In this document: one piece after another, positions 30,961-39,620 of the stretch | Layout of the letters: every line of letters begins with the position of its first letter | How positions within the stretch are numbered: position 1 is the stretch's first letter | DNA from: an uncultured bacterium | GTDB lineage: Bacteria > Armatimonadota > Hebobacteria > CAIYQO01 | DNA length: 64,000 nt | Assembly: GCA_903928345.1 (NCBI GenBank) | Contig: CAIYQO010000229.1 | Span: forward strand, 1,351 to 65,350 | Reading direction: 5' to 3' | Translations under genes and position numbers: made by a program | Notes under the pieces: model-generated | Databases searched by the model: none | The model's input: the letters and a program-made list of their open reading frames with translations, nothing else | Told to the model about the DNA's origin: nothing

Positions 30961-32958
30961 ATGAGCGAGACGATGCAATCCGCGGAACCCCGCGTCGGCG
31001 TCTACGTCTGCCACTGCGGCATCAATATCGCCGCCAAGGTGGACATCGCCGCCGTGGTGGAGTTCGCCAAGACGCTACCCTACGTCATCGTGGTGCGCGA
31101 TTACAAGTTCATGTGCTCCGACCCCGGTCAGGAGCTGCTGCAGCAGGACATCAAGGAGCTGGGCCTCAACCGCATCGTGGTGGCCTCCTGTTCTCCGCTG
31201 ATGCACGAAGCGACCTTCCGCCACGCCACCGAAGCCGCCGGGCTGAACCAGTTCTACTTCCAGATGGCGAACATCCGCGAACACGTGAGCTGGGTCACGG
31301 CGGACAAGGCGCTGGCCACACGCAAATCGCAGGCGCTGGTCTCCGCCGCCGTGCGCCGCGTGGTGCTCAACGAGCCGCTGGAGCACCAGAAGGTGCCGGT
31401 GAAGCCGAACGTGCTGGTGGTCGGCGGCGGCATCGCCGGCATCCACGCCGCGCTGACCCTCGCCAACGCCGGCAAGCAGGTCACCCTAGTCGAGCGCGAG
31501 CCGACCATCGGCGGCCACATGGCGAAGTTCGACAAAACCTTCCCCACCCTCGACTGCGCCGCGTGCATCCTCACCCCGAAGATGTCCATGGTGAGGAGCC
31601 ACCCCAATATCACCATGCTCACCTACGCCGAGGTGGTCGGGGTGGAGGGGTACGTCGGCAACTTCACCGTGAAGGTGAAGAAGAAGGCGCGCTACGTGCA
31701 CGAAGAGCTGTGTGTGGGCTGCAACGAGTGCGTCGAGGCGTGCGTGTACAAGGAAGGCCGCTTCACGGACACCTTTAACGAGGGATTGAGCAAACGCAAA
31801 CCCGTCTACATGCCCTTCCCGCAGGCGACGCCCTCCGTGGTGCTCATCGATCCGGAGTCGTGCATCGAGCTAAAGACGGGCAAGTGTAAAAAGCAATGCG
31901 CCACCGCCTGCACGCGCAACGCCATCGACTTTACGATGACGGACGAAATCGTCGCGCTGGAGGTGGGCGCCATCATCATCGCCACCGGCTTCCAGACCTT
32001 CGACGCCACCCGCATCCCGCAGTACGGCTACGGCAAGTTCCCCAACGTCTACACCAGCCTCGAGGTCGAGCGCCTGGTGAACGCCTCCGGCCCGACCGGC
32101 GGCGAGGTGCAACTGCGCGACGGGAGCACGCCGAAGCGCGTGGGGATCATCCACTGCGTAGGCAGCCGCGACGAGAAGACCAACCGCCACTGCTCGCGCG
32201 TCTGCTGCATGTACTCCCTCAAGCTCGCCCACCTCATCCACGAGCGCACCGACGCGGAGGTGTATAACCTCTACATCGACATGCGCACGCCGGGCAAGGG
32301 GTATGAGGAGTTCTACGACAAGCTGCTCAAGGAGGGCGTCAACTTCATCCGCGGGCGCGCCGCCGAAGTCACGGACTGGACGGTGACCCCGGAGGAAGAG
32401 GGCAAGCTGGTCATCCGCGCCGAAGACACCCTCATCGGCGTAGTGCGCCGCATCCCGGTGGACATGGTGGTGCTCTCCGTGGGGCTGGAAGCGCACGCCG
32501 ACGCCGATGAGGTGCGCCGCCTCTTCAACATCTCCTGCAGCAAGGAAGGCTGGTTCCTGGAGCGTCACCCGAAGCTCGCGCCCGTCTCCACCTTCACCGA
32601 CGGCATCTTCATCGCCGGCGCCTGCCAGGGGCCGAAGGACATCCCCGACACGGTGGCGCAGGCCGGCGCGGCGGTAGCCGAGGCGCTGGCGCTGGTGGAC
32701 CGCGGCTTCGTGGAGCTGGAGCCCAACACCGCGTTCATCACCAAGGAACTGTGCTCCGGTTGCCATACCTGCATCGCCATGTGCCCGTTCAGCGCCATCC
32801 GCTACAACAAAGAAGCGGGCGTGGCGGAGATCAACCCCGCGCTGTGCAAAGGCTGCGGCACCTGCGTCGCCGCCTGCCCGTCCGGCGCCGCCCAGCAACA
32901 CCTGTTCACCGACGAGCAGATCTTCCAGGAAATCGAAGGAGTGCTCAATTATGTCTGA
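30961..32958 (+). CDS. hdrA: Heterodisulfide reductase subunit A-like FAD/Fe-S flavoprotein (putative bifurcating subunit).
   Basis: FAD-binding VLVVGGGIAGIHAAL. Several 4Fe-4S motifs (CVGCNECVEAC, CSGCHTCIAMCP, CKGCGTCVAACP). N-terminal VYVCHCGINIA. 665 aa. Confidence 0.9.
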   Translation: MSETMQSAEPRVGVYVCHCGINIAAKVDIAAVVEFAKTLPYVIVVRDYKFMCSDPGQELLQQDIKELGLNRIVVASCSPLMHEATFRHATEAAGLNQFYFQMANIREHVSWVTADKALATRKSQALVSAAVRRVVLNEPLEHQKVPVKPNVLVVGGGIAGIHAALTLANAGKQVTLVEREPTIGGHMAKFDKTFPTLDCAACILTPKMSMVRSHPNITMLTYAEVVGVEGYVGNFTVKVKKKARYVHEELCVGCNECVEACVYKEGRFTDTFNEGLSKRKPVYMPFPQATPSVVLIDPESCIELKTGKCKKQCATACTRNAIDFTMTDEIVALEVGAIIIATGFQTFDATRIPQYGYGKFPNVYTSLEVERLVNASGPTGGEVQLRDGSTPKRVGIIHCVGSRDEKTNRHCSRVCCMYSLKLAHLIHERTDAEVYNLYIDMRTPGKGYEEFYDKLLKEGVNFIRGRAAEVTDWTVTPEEEGKLVIRAEDTLIGVVRRIPVDMVVLSVGLEAHADADEVRRLFNISCSKEGWFLERHPKLAPVSTFTDGIFIAGACQGPKDIPDTVAQAGAAVAEALALVDRGFVELEPNTAFITKELCSGCHTCIAMCPFSAIRYNKEAGVAEINPALCKGCGTCVAACPSGAAQQHLFTDEQIFQEIEGVLNYV

Positions 32959-33415
32959 CACCCCCGCCTTCGAGCCGCGTATCGTGGCCTTCTTTTGCAA
33001 CTGGTGCACCTACACCGCCGCCGACCTGGCGGGCACGGCGCGCCTGACCTACGCGCCCAACGTGCGCGTGGTGCGCATCATGTGCTCGGGCCGCCTCGAC
33101 CCGCAGTTCGTGGTCACGGCCTTGCGCCAGGGCGCCGACGGCGTGCTCATCGGCGGCTGCCACCCCGGCGATTGCCACTACCAGGAAGGCAACTACAAGA
33201 TGCTGCGCCGCTTCCACCTGCTGAAGCGCATGCTCAAGCAGTTCGGCATCGACGATCAGCGCGTGCGCCTGGAGTGGATTTCCGCCTCCGAGGGCGACAA
33301 GGTGCAGCGCGTCATCAACGAGATGGTGGCGCAGGTGCGCGACCTCGGCCCGTTGGCGCTGGTCGGCAAACCAACCCCGCACCCGGACGCAAGCGAGAAG
33401 CACGCCGCCGCGTAG
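32951..33415 (+). CDS. mvhD: Methyl-viologen-reducing hydrogenase delta subunit (MvhD)-like [2Fe-2S] protein.
   Basis: RIVAFFCNWCTYTAADLAGTARL...CSGRLDP...LIGGCHPGDCHYQEGN matches MvhD/FlpD. Start overlaps the hdrA stop (ATGTCTGA). Confidence 0.85.
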   Translation: MSDTPAFEPRIVAFFCNWCTYTAADLAGTARLTYAPNVRVVRIMCSGRLDPQFVVTALRQGADGVLIGGCHPGDCHYQEGNYKMLRRFHLLKRMLKQFGIDDQRVRLEWISASEGDKVQRVINEMVAQVRDLGPLALVGKPTPHPDASEKHAAA

Positions 33416-33430
33416 CGAAGGAGACACCCG

Positions 33431-34396
33431 ATGACAAAACCAAAAGTCGGCTTTTACTGGTGTGCCTCCTGCGGGGGGTGTGAAGAAGCGGTGGTCGATC
33501 TGCACGAGGCGATCCTCGACGTGGTCGCCGCGGTGGACATCGTCTTCTGGCCGTGCGCGATGGATTTTAAGCGCACGGATGTGGAGGCGATGGCCGACGG
33601 CGAGCTGGCGGTCTGCTTCATCAACGGCGCCGTGCGCACCAGCGAGCAGTTCGAGATGGTCGAGCTGTTGCGCCGCAAGGCGGGGGTGGTTATCGCCTTC
33701 GGCGCCTGCGCGCAGAGCGGCGGCATCCCCGGGCTGGCGAACTTCACCTCGAAGGCTGCCATCCTGGCGAACGTGTATGAGGACACGCGCACCACGGTGA
33801 ACCCGCACAAGACTTACCCGCAGGCCACGGTGCAGGTGCCGGAAGGCACGCTGACGCTGCCCGTGCTCGACGAGACGGTACGCGCGCTGGGGCAGGCGAT
33901 CCCGGTGGACTATTACCTGCCCGGCTGCCCGCCGCCCGCGAAACTCATCGCCGACGCGGTGGGGGCCATCCTCGCCGGCACTTTGCCCGCGCCGGGCAGC
34001 GTGCTGGCACCCAACGTGGGTGTTTGCCACGAGTGCACGCGCAAGGAGACGAAGCCGGAGAAGATGCTCGTCACCCAGTTCAAGCGCCCGCATCAGGTGC
34101 TCATCGACCCCGCCCAGTGCCTGCTGGCGCAGGGATTGGTCTGCCTGGGGCCGGATACGCGCAGCGGCTGCGGCGCCGCCTGCCCGGCGGGCAATATGCC
34201 CTGCACCGGCTGCCTGGGCGCGCTGGATCAGGTGCGCGACTTCGGCGCCAAGGCGCTCTCCGGCCTGGCGTCCGTGCTGGACGCCGGGGAGGACGCCGCC
34301 ATTGACGCGGGCCTGGCCGGCGTGCCCGATCCCGCCGGCACCTTTTATCGTTACAGCCTGCCCGCCTCCGAGCTTTTCGCGAAGCTGCCGGAGTAG
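33431..34396 (+). CDS. mvhG: [NiFe]-hydrogenase small subunit (group 3, MvhG-like).
   Basis: N-terminal FYWCASCGGCEEAVVDL proximal-cluster motif, GACAQSGGIPG, and C-terminal cluster cysteines CHECTRKE...CPAGNMPCTGCLG. RBS AAGGAGA. Confidence 0.85.
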   Translation: MTKPKVGFYWCASCGGCEEAVVDLHEAILDVVAAVDIVFWPCAMDFKRTDVEAMADGELAVCFINGAVRTSEQFEMVELLRRKAGVVIAFGACAQSGGIPGLANFTSKAAILANVYEDTRTTVNPHKTYPQATVQVPEGTLTLPVLDETVRALGQAIPVDYYLPGCPPPAKLIADAVGAILAGTLPAPGSVLAPNVGVCHECTRKETKPEKMLVTQFKRPHQVLIDPAQCLLAQGLVCLGPDTRSGCGAACPAGNMPCTGCLGALDQVRDFGAKALSGLASVLDAGEDAAIDAGLAGVPDPAGTFYRYSLPASELFAKLPE

Positions 34397-34408
34397 AGGA
34401 ATTTTTCC

Positions 34409-35875
34409 ATGAGCCAGAAGATCACCATCGATCCGATCACCCGCCTGGAAGGGCACGGCAAGGTCGATATCTTCCTCGATGACGCGGGGAACGTCGAACG
34501 CGCCTACCTGCAGATTCCCGAGTTGCGCGGGTTCGAGAAGTTCGCGGAAGGCCGTCCGGTGGAGGACATGCCGCAGATCACCTCGCGCATCTGCGGCGTC
34601 TGCCCCACCGCGCACCATATGGCCGCGTCCAAGGCCGTCGACGCCGTCTTCCACGTGGAGCCATCGGTGCCCGGGCGCAAAATTCGCGACCTCGTCTACA
34701 GCATCTTCTTCGTGGAAGACCATGCCTTGCACTTCTACTACCTGGGCGGACCGGACTTCATCGTCGGCCCCACGGCCCCCAAGGCGGAGCGCAACATCCT
34801 GGGCGTGCTGGGCAAGGTGGGCCTCGAGATCGGTAAAGAGGTGATCGGCCTGCGCCGGCAACTGCGCGAACTCATCGCGCTGGCGGGCGGCAAGGTGATC
34901 CACCCAGTACTCGGCCTGCCCGGCGGCGTGGCGAAGGCGCTGACGAAGGAGGACCAGGCGAAGTTCATCGCGGCGGCCGACCACGCGGTAGAGTTCGCCG
35001 AGTTCACGCTGAAGATCTTTCACGACATCGTGCTGAAGAACCCCGACTACGTGGCGTGGATCACCAACGACATCAACACCCACGCGACCTATTACATGGG
35101 CCAGGTGGACGCGAAGAACCGGGTGAACTTCTACGACGGGCAGATCCGCGTGGTGGCGCCGGACGGCAAGGAGTTCCTCAAATTCCCCGCCGCCGACTTC
35201 CACCAGCACGTGGCTGAGCAGGTGGAGCCGTGGAGCTACATCAAGTTCTGCTACCTGCGCGCGGTGGGCTGGAAGGGCTTCACCGACGGCGCGGACAGCG
35301 GCGTCTACTGCGTCGCCCCGCTGGCGCGCCTCAACGCCGCCGACGGCATGGCCACCCCGAAGGCGCAGGCCGCCTACGAGGAGATGTACGCCCTACTCGG
35401 CGGCAAGCCGGTGCACCACACGCTGGCGAACCACTGGGCGCGCCTGATCGAACTGCTCTACGCCGCCGAACGCATGCAGGAGCTGGCCAACGACCCGGAC
35501 ATTATCGACCCCAACGTGCGCACGCTGCCCACTGCCACGCCGACGGAAGGCGTGGGCATCGTGGAGGCCCCGCGCGGCACGCTGGTGCACTACTACGCCA
35601 CCGACGCCGACGGACTGGTGACGCGGGCCAACCTCATCGTCGCCACGCAGAACAATGCCGCGCGCATCGCCATGTCGGTGGATAAGACGGCGCGCGGGGT
35701 GATCAAAAACGGCAAGGTGGACGACGGCATCCTGAACATGGTGGAGATGGCCTTCCGCGCCTACGACCCGTGTCACGGCTGTGCCACCCACGCGCTGCCC
35801 GGGCAGATGCCGCTGCGGCTGGCTATCTACAACGCCGCGGGCGTACAAATCGACGAGATCCGACGGGACGGGTGA
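34409..35875 (+). CDS. mvhA: [NiFe]-hydrogenase large subunit (group 3c, MvhA-like).
   Basis: N-terminal Ni-Fe ligand motif RICGVCPTAHH and C-terminal DPCHGCATHA motif, with a short extension after the His. 488 aa. Confidence 0.9.
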   Translation: MSQKITIDPITRLEGHGKVDIFLDDAGNVERAYLQIPELRGFEKFAEGRPVEDMPQITSRICGVCPTAHHMAASKAVDAVFHVEPSVPGRKIRDLVYSIFFVEDHALHFYYLGGPDFIVGPTAPKAERNILGVLGKVGLEIGKEVIGLRRQLRELIALAGGKVIHPVLGLPGGVAKALTKEDQAKFIAAADHAVEFAEFTLKIFHDIVLKNPDYVAWITNDINTHATYYMGQVDAKNRVNFYDGQIRVVAPDGKEFLKFPAADFHQHVAEQVEPWSYIKFCYLRAVGWKGFTDGADSGVYCVAPLARLNAADGMATPKAQAAYEEMYALLGGKPVHHTLANHWARLIELLYAAERMQELANDPDIIDPNVRTLPTATPTEGVGIVEAPRGTLVHYYATDADGLVTRANLIVATQNNAARIAMSVDKTARGVIKNGKVDDGILNMVEMAFRAYDPCHGCATHALPGQMPLRLAIYNAAGVQIDEIRRDG

Positions 35876-36336
35876 TGCGTACTCTCGTGCTGGGCCTGGG
35901 TAACGACCTGATCGCCGACGACGGCCTCGGCCTGCTCGCCGCGCGCGAGTTGGCGGTGACGCACGGGCACCTGGCCGACGTGGTGGAGACCGGGCTGGCG
36001 GGCCTCGCGCTGCTCGACCTGTTTCTCGATTACGACCGCGCGCTGGTCATCGATGCCATCCAGACGGGCACGCATCCGCCGGGGACGATCCTCGCCATTC
36101 GCGGCGACGAACTCTCCGCGGTGGTCGCCCCCTCGCCGCACTACGCGGGGCTGCCGGAGCTGTTCGCGCTGGCGCAGGCGATGGGCCTCGCCTTCCCCCG
36201 CGACGTGCGCATCCTCGCCATGGAAGTCGAGGACGCCGCCACCATCGGCGCCGGCCTCACCCCCGCGGTGGCCGCCGCCCTGCCGACGCTGGTCGCGCGG
36301 GCGGGGGCGATGCTCGAAAACTGGCCGGGGGAGTGA
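35875..36336 (+). CDS. Hydrogenase maturation endopeptidase (HycI/HoxW/HyaD family).
   Basis: MRTLVLGLGNDLIADDGLGL...GLALLDLF...LVIDAI is typical of hydrogenase C-terminal processing proteases. ATG overlaps the mvhA stop (ATGA). Confidence 0.8.
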   Translation: MRTLVLGLGNDLIADDGLGLLAARELAVTHGHLADVVETGLAGLALLDLFLDYDRALVIDAIQTGTHPPGTILAIRGDELSAVVAPSPHYAGLPELFALAQAMGLAFPRDVRILAMEVEDAATIGAGLTPAVAAALPTLVARAGAMLENWPGE

Positions 36337-36400
36337 AAATTGGGGACTGGCTCGAATTTTCACGGTGGATGATAGATGCCCTTTAATTTGTAACTGCTGC

Positions 36401-36573
36401 TATGGTCCGCGGGGTAGCGGCGACTGAAGTCGCAGCTCTTTGGCCTTTCGGCCAACCGTCCGCCTACACGGACGGGAGAAGGAAAAGAATTTACGATGTT
36501 GGTGCATCCCCGCAGGGGGACGCTTGGCCGATGAGGCCAAACAGCTGCGATTTCAATCGCCAGGGTCGTCAAT
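36401..36573. repeat. Palindromic MITE-like element, family ggcgattgaaatcgcagct, copy 1 (between the hydrogenase protease gene and hypA).
   Basis: Internal TIRs gcgactgaagtcgcagctctttggcc / ggccaaacagctgcgatttcaatcgcc. Its reverse complement aligns with the copy at 39268-39444 at both ends. Confidence 0.8.
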
Positions 36574-36700
36574 CGTACCGATAGTCATTTATCAAAGAAC
36601 ATCTATCATCGTTGTAAAGCTGCGACAGGCACACTTGATCCGATCACGAATAGGATGGGCAACAAACTGAGACGCGTCAGTTCTCCTCGTCGGAAAAGTC

Positions 36701-36781
36701 GGGACAGCCACCACTTTTCCGCTCCCGAGTTCGGCGTTCGAAAATGGATCGATGAAAAGTGGTGGCAGTCCCGCCTTTTTA
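36701..36781 (+). promoter_or_regulatory. Leader hairpin (19-bp perfect stem, 34-nt loop, followed by a T-run) immediately upstream of the hypA RBS; candidate attenuator or regulatory RNA structure.
   Basis: gggacagccaccacttttc (36701-36719) pairs with gaaaagtggtggcagtccc (36754-36772), followed by gccttttta. GGAGG RBS at 36786 and hypA ATG at 36799. Confidence 0.4.
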
Positions 36782-36798
36782 CCTGGAGGTGTCCGCTC

Positions 36799-37197
36799 AT
36801 GCATGAACATGCCGTGGTGGCCGGCCTCATCGACGCGCTGAACGCTCAGCTCGCCGCGCAGGGGATCACGCAGGTGGCCGAAGTGCGCGTGCGTCGCAAC
36901 AGCGCCTTCGCCGCCGCGCCGATGCAAATGGCCTTCCAGATGCTCTCCCCCCACACCCCCCTCGACGGCGCCGCGCTGGTGGTGGAGGAGTCCTATTATC
37001 GCCACATCTGCCCCAACGGCAGTTGCGGATTCCGGCAGGTCGTCACCGCCGACGACCTGATCGGCCACCTGTACATCTGCCCGGAGTGCGGCACCGCGGA
37101 GGAGATCGACGAAGCGCACGGCATCGAGGTGCTCAGCGTCACCGTCGACGACACCGTCATCCCGGTGGCCGTACATCCGCACCCGCACGAGCACTGA
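36799..37197 (+). CDS. hypA: Hydrogenase nickel incorporation protein HypA.
   Basis: MHEHAVVAGLIDALNAQ N-terminus (MHE Ni-binding start). Zn-binding CPNGSC...CPECG motifs. C-terminal His-rich tail HPHPHEH. RBS GGAGG. Confidence 0.8.
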   Translation: MHEHAVVAGLIDALNAQLAAQGITQVAEVRVRRNSAFAAAPMQMAFQMLSPHTPLDGAALVVEESYYRHICPNGSCGFRQVVTADDLIGHLYICPECGTAEEIDEAHGIEVLSVTVDDTVIPVAVHPHPHEH

Positions 37198-37314
37198 GTG
37201 TTACTACCGCCGCACAACCGCCCTCGCTTGTGAAGCCGGGCGCCTTCCCGCGTGCCTCCGACCCCGGTAGCATGGCAGGGAGCACCGCATTGGGTGCATA
37301 TGGGAGGAATGCGA

Positions 37315-37608
37315 ATGGCGATGATGAATAACCTGCCCTCGGTGGCGCGTTGCGACGTGAACGACTGCTTTTACAACCGCGAGAGCAACTGTCACGCGCC
37401 GGCCATCAACATCGGCGGCGAGCACCCCAATTGCGACACCTTCATCCCCACGGCCAACCACATCGGCCGCATGGAGCAGGGCATGGTAGGCGCCTGCCAC
37501 GTGCACCTGTGCAAGTGGAACACCGACCTGACCTGCCAGGCCAGCAACATCGTGGTGGCCCACCACAACCTGCACGCGGACTGCGAAACGTTTACGCCGG
37601 CGAAATAG
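37315..37608 (+). CDS. DUF1540 domain protein (two Cys/His-rich repeats).
   Basis: Two internal repeats each with 4 Cys: CDVNDCFYNRESNCHAPAINIGGEHPNCDTF and CHVHLCKWNTDLTCQASNIVVAHHNLHADCETF. RBS GGGAGG 7 nt before the ATG. Confidence 0.7.
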   Translation: MAMMNNLPSVARCDVNDCFYNRESNCHAPAINIGGEHPNCDTFIPTANHIGRMEQGMVGACHVHLCKWNTDLTCQASNIVVAHHNLHADCETFTPAK

Positions 37609-37624
37609 GGAACAGGAAATAGGA

Positions 37625-37672
37625 AACAGGGAACGGGTTGGTGCGCTGGCACCAACCCGTTCCCTGTTTCCC
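37625..37672. terminator. Bidirectional terminator hairpin between the convergent DUF1540 and tlpA-like genes.
   Basis: aacagggaacgggttggtgc gc tggcaccaacccgttccctgtt gives about a 20-bp perfect stem. Confidence 0.6.
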
Positions 37673-37685
37673 GTTCCCAGTTCCC

Positions 37686-38231
37686 CTACTTCGTCTCGTC
37701 CGTCTTTTTCGGCGTTTCCGTGGTGACGTACTTGGCGAGGCGCGCTTCCAGATCCTTCCGCGGCAGGGCGCCGACGATCTTGTCGACCAGCTCGCCCTTG
37801 TCGTTCAGCACGAACTTGGTGGGCAGCCCCTGGGTGCTGAAGGTTTTCAGCGCGTCGTTCGTCGCGAAGACCACCGGGTAGTTGATCTTGTGCTCCGTGG
37901 CGAAGTCCTTCACGCCGTCCTTCTCTTCGTCCACCGACATGCCGATGATCTGCAGGTTCTTCTTGTCCTTGGTTGCCTGAGCTTGCATATCGACAAGGTC
38001 AGGAATTTCGCGCTGACAAAAGCCGCACCACGTGGCCCATTCGTCCACCACCACGACCTTGCCGCGATAATCCGACAGCTTCACCGTCTTGCCGTTGATA
38101 TCGGTGAAGGTGAAATCCACCACTTTCGCGTCCGTCTTTTTACCCGACCCGTCGGCGCGCATCACCGACACCCCGAATAACGCCACCACCGCAACCGCGA
38201 TAATGAGCGGCCAATACCCCAACTTCTTCAT
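37686..38231 (-). CDS. TlpA/ResA-like thiol-disulfide oxidoreductase (thioredoxin fold, membrane anchored or secreted).
   Basis: N-terminal hydrophobic segment followed by a thioredoxin fold with WATWCGFCQREIPDL (CxxC active site). Confidence 0.8.
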   Translation of the reverse strand: MKKLGYWPLIIAVAVVALFGVSVMRADGSGKKTDAKVVDFTFTDINGKTVKLSDYRGKVVVVDEWATWCGFCQREIPDLVDMQAQATKDKKNLQIIGMSVDEEKDGVKDFATEHKINYPVVFATNDALKTFSTQGLPTKFVLNDKGELVDKIVGALPRKDLEARLAKYVTTETPKKTDETK

Positions 38232-38252
38232 CGACGTCCCCTTTCGAACTCG

Positions 38253-39014
38253 TTACTTCGCCGCCCCGCGCAGGTGCGTGACGACGTGGTGCACCTTGGC
38301 CATGAGCAACTGATACGCATACGGCAGATTGGCATATTCGAGCTTCTGCGTCACCAGCAGCACCCCCATGACCAGCAACAGGATGCCGGAGACGATCTCG
38401 ATCGTCCGCATGTGCCGGGTGATCTTACCCAGCGATCCCAGGAAGAATTGCAAAAACATGGCCGCTAACAGGAACGGCACCGCGAGTCCGATGGTATAGG
38501 CGACCAATAAGCTCAGTTTGGCCGTGACCACGGTCATGCCCAGCACGCCGCTGAGGAACGGCCCGATGCACGGGCTCCACCCGAAGGCGAAGGCGGCCCC
38601 GATAAGCACCGCCCCGAAGACGCCCACCTTCTTCGTGTCCAGGTGAAAGCGTCGCTCCTGGAAGAGCATATTCAGGCGGAAGACCCCGAGCATGTGCAGC
38701 CCGAAGATCATGATGACCCCCGCGCCGATCCAGCTAAACGCCGTCTTCCACGCCTGCCCGGTGCTCGAAAACACCTCGACCAGCCCGCCCAACAGCAGCA
38801 CCACCACCAGGCTGAACCCGAGCATAAAGCCCAGCGCACTGCCGAGGAGCCGCCAGCGCGCGGCGCGCACGGCCTCCTGGTCCTGCATCTCCTCGAACGT
38901 CATGCCGGAGATGAGCGAGAGATACACCGGCACAATCGGCAACACGCACGGGGAGAAGAAACTCATAATCCCCGCCGCAACCGCAACAATCAGTGCCACC
39001 AGGGCACTCCCCAT
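38253..39014 (-). CDS. ccdA: Cytochrome c-type biogenesis protein CcdA / DsbD-family thiol:disulfide interchange membrane protein.
   Basis: Polytopic membrane protein with the two conserved Cys in SFFSPCVLP and FGWSPCIGP. Confidence 0.85.
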   Translation of the reverse strand: MGSALVALIVAVAAGIMSFFSPCVLPIVPVYLSLISGMTFEEMQDQEAVRAARWRLLGSALGFMLGFSLVVVLLLGGLVEVFSSTGQAWKTAFSWIGAGVIMIFGLHMLGVFRLNMLFQERRFHLDTKKVGVFGAVLIGAAFAFGWSPCIGPFLSGVLGMTVVTAKLSLLVAYTIGLAVPFLLAAMFLQFFLGSLGKITRHMRTIEIVSGILLLVMGVLLVTQKLEYANLPYAYQLLMAKVHHVVTHLRGAAK

Positions 39015-39267
39015 ATGACCCCCGTCCTCGGCGAGTCATGGAGCATCGCCGCAGTCACCTCGGTTGTTCCCGCCCCAGAGAGTCGGCAAACGCTCCGTGG
39101 CTATTGCATCAGTATATAGTTATAACTTCAAGTACCCACCATCGCGTGGAAAGAACGGTGGCATCGGTGCAATTCCGTGCGGATGGAGAGCCTGTCGTAG
39201 TATCGCGATATTGAGACATGGACCGATTGATGCTCTTTGATTCATGGGTATCGGTACGTTCTACGTG

Positions 39268-39444
39268 CTTGGCGATTGAAATCGCAGCTAGTTGGCCTCA
39301 TCGGCCAGGCGTCCCCCTACGGGGACGCGGTGGCGGTGAAAAACGTCAACACCCTCTTCCGCATCCCCGTCCGCGGAGGCGGACGGCTGGCGCGGAGTCG
39401 CCGAAGAGCTGCGCCTTCAGTCGCCGCGAACCCGCGAACCATAG
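39268..39444. repeat. Palindromic MITE-like element, same family, copy 2 (between ccdA and the DUF721 gene), inverted relative to copy 1.
   Basis: cttggcgattgaaatcgcagctagttggcctcatcggccaggcgtccccctacgggga...ctgcgccttcagtcgccgcgaacccgcgaaccatag matches the reverse complement of copy 1. Confidence 0.8.
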
Positions 39445-39620
39445 CAGCATTCAGGAATCAAAGAGCATAAATCGGTCAATTCATGCCCCCCTCACCCCAT
39501 TCACCCATTCACCCATTCACCCCGTCACCCCCTCACCCATTCACCCATTCACGCATGTACGCCGCGGCGCACATCCCGCCTCTTGGCAGGGAGCCGCTTG
39601 GCTGGTAGACTGGTTACAGT

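Noticed and set aside
36402-36584. 60-aa ORF and several short ORFs inside repeat elements (for example 22273-22497, 53751-54014, 59092-59319).
   Set aside because: They lie entirely within palindromic repeat copies, and equivalent ORFs read on both strands because of the palindromes. There is no RBS and no conservation beyond nucleotide identity of the repeats.
37686-38231. Possible unusual active site (WCGFC) in the TlpA-like protein.
   Set aside because: On inspection CGFC is a normal CxxC thioredoxin motif. It is not anomalous.
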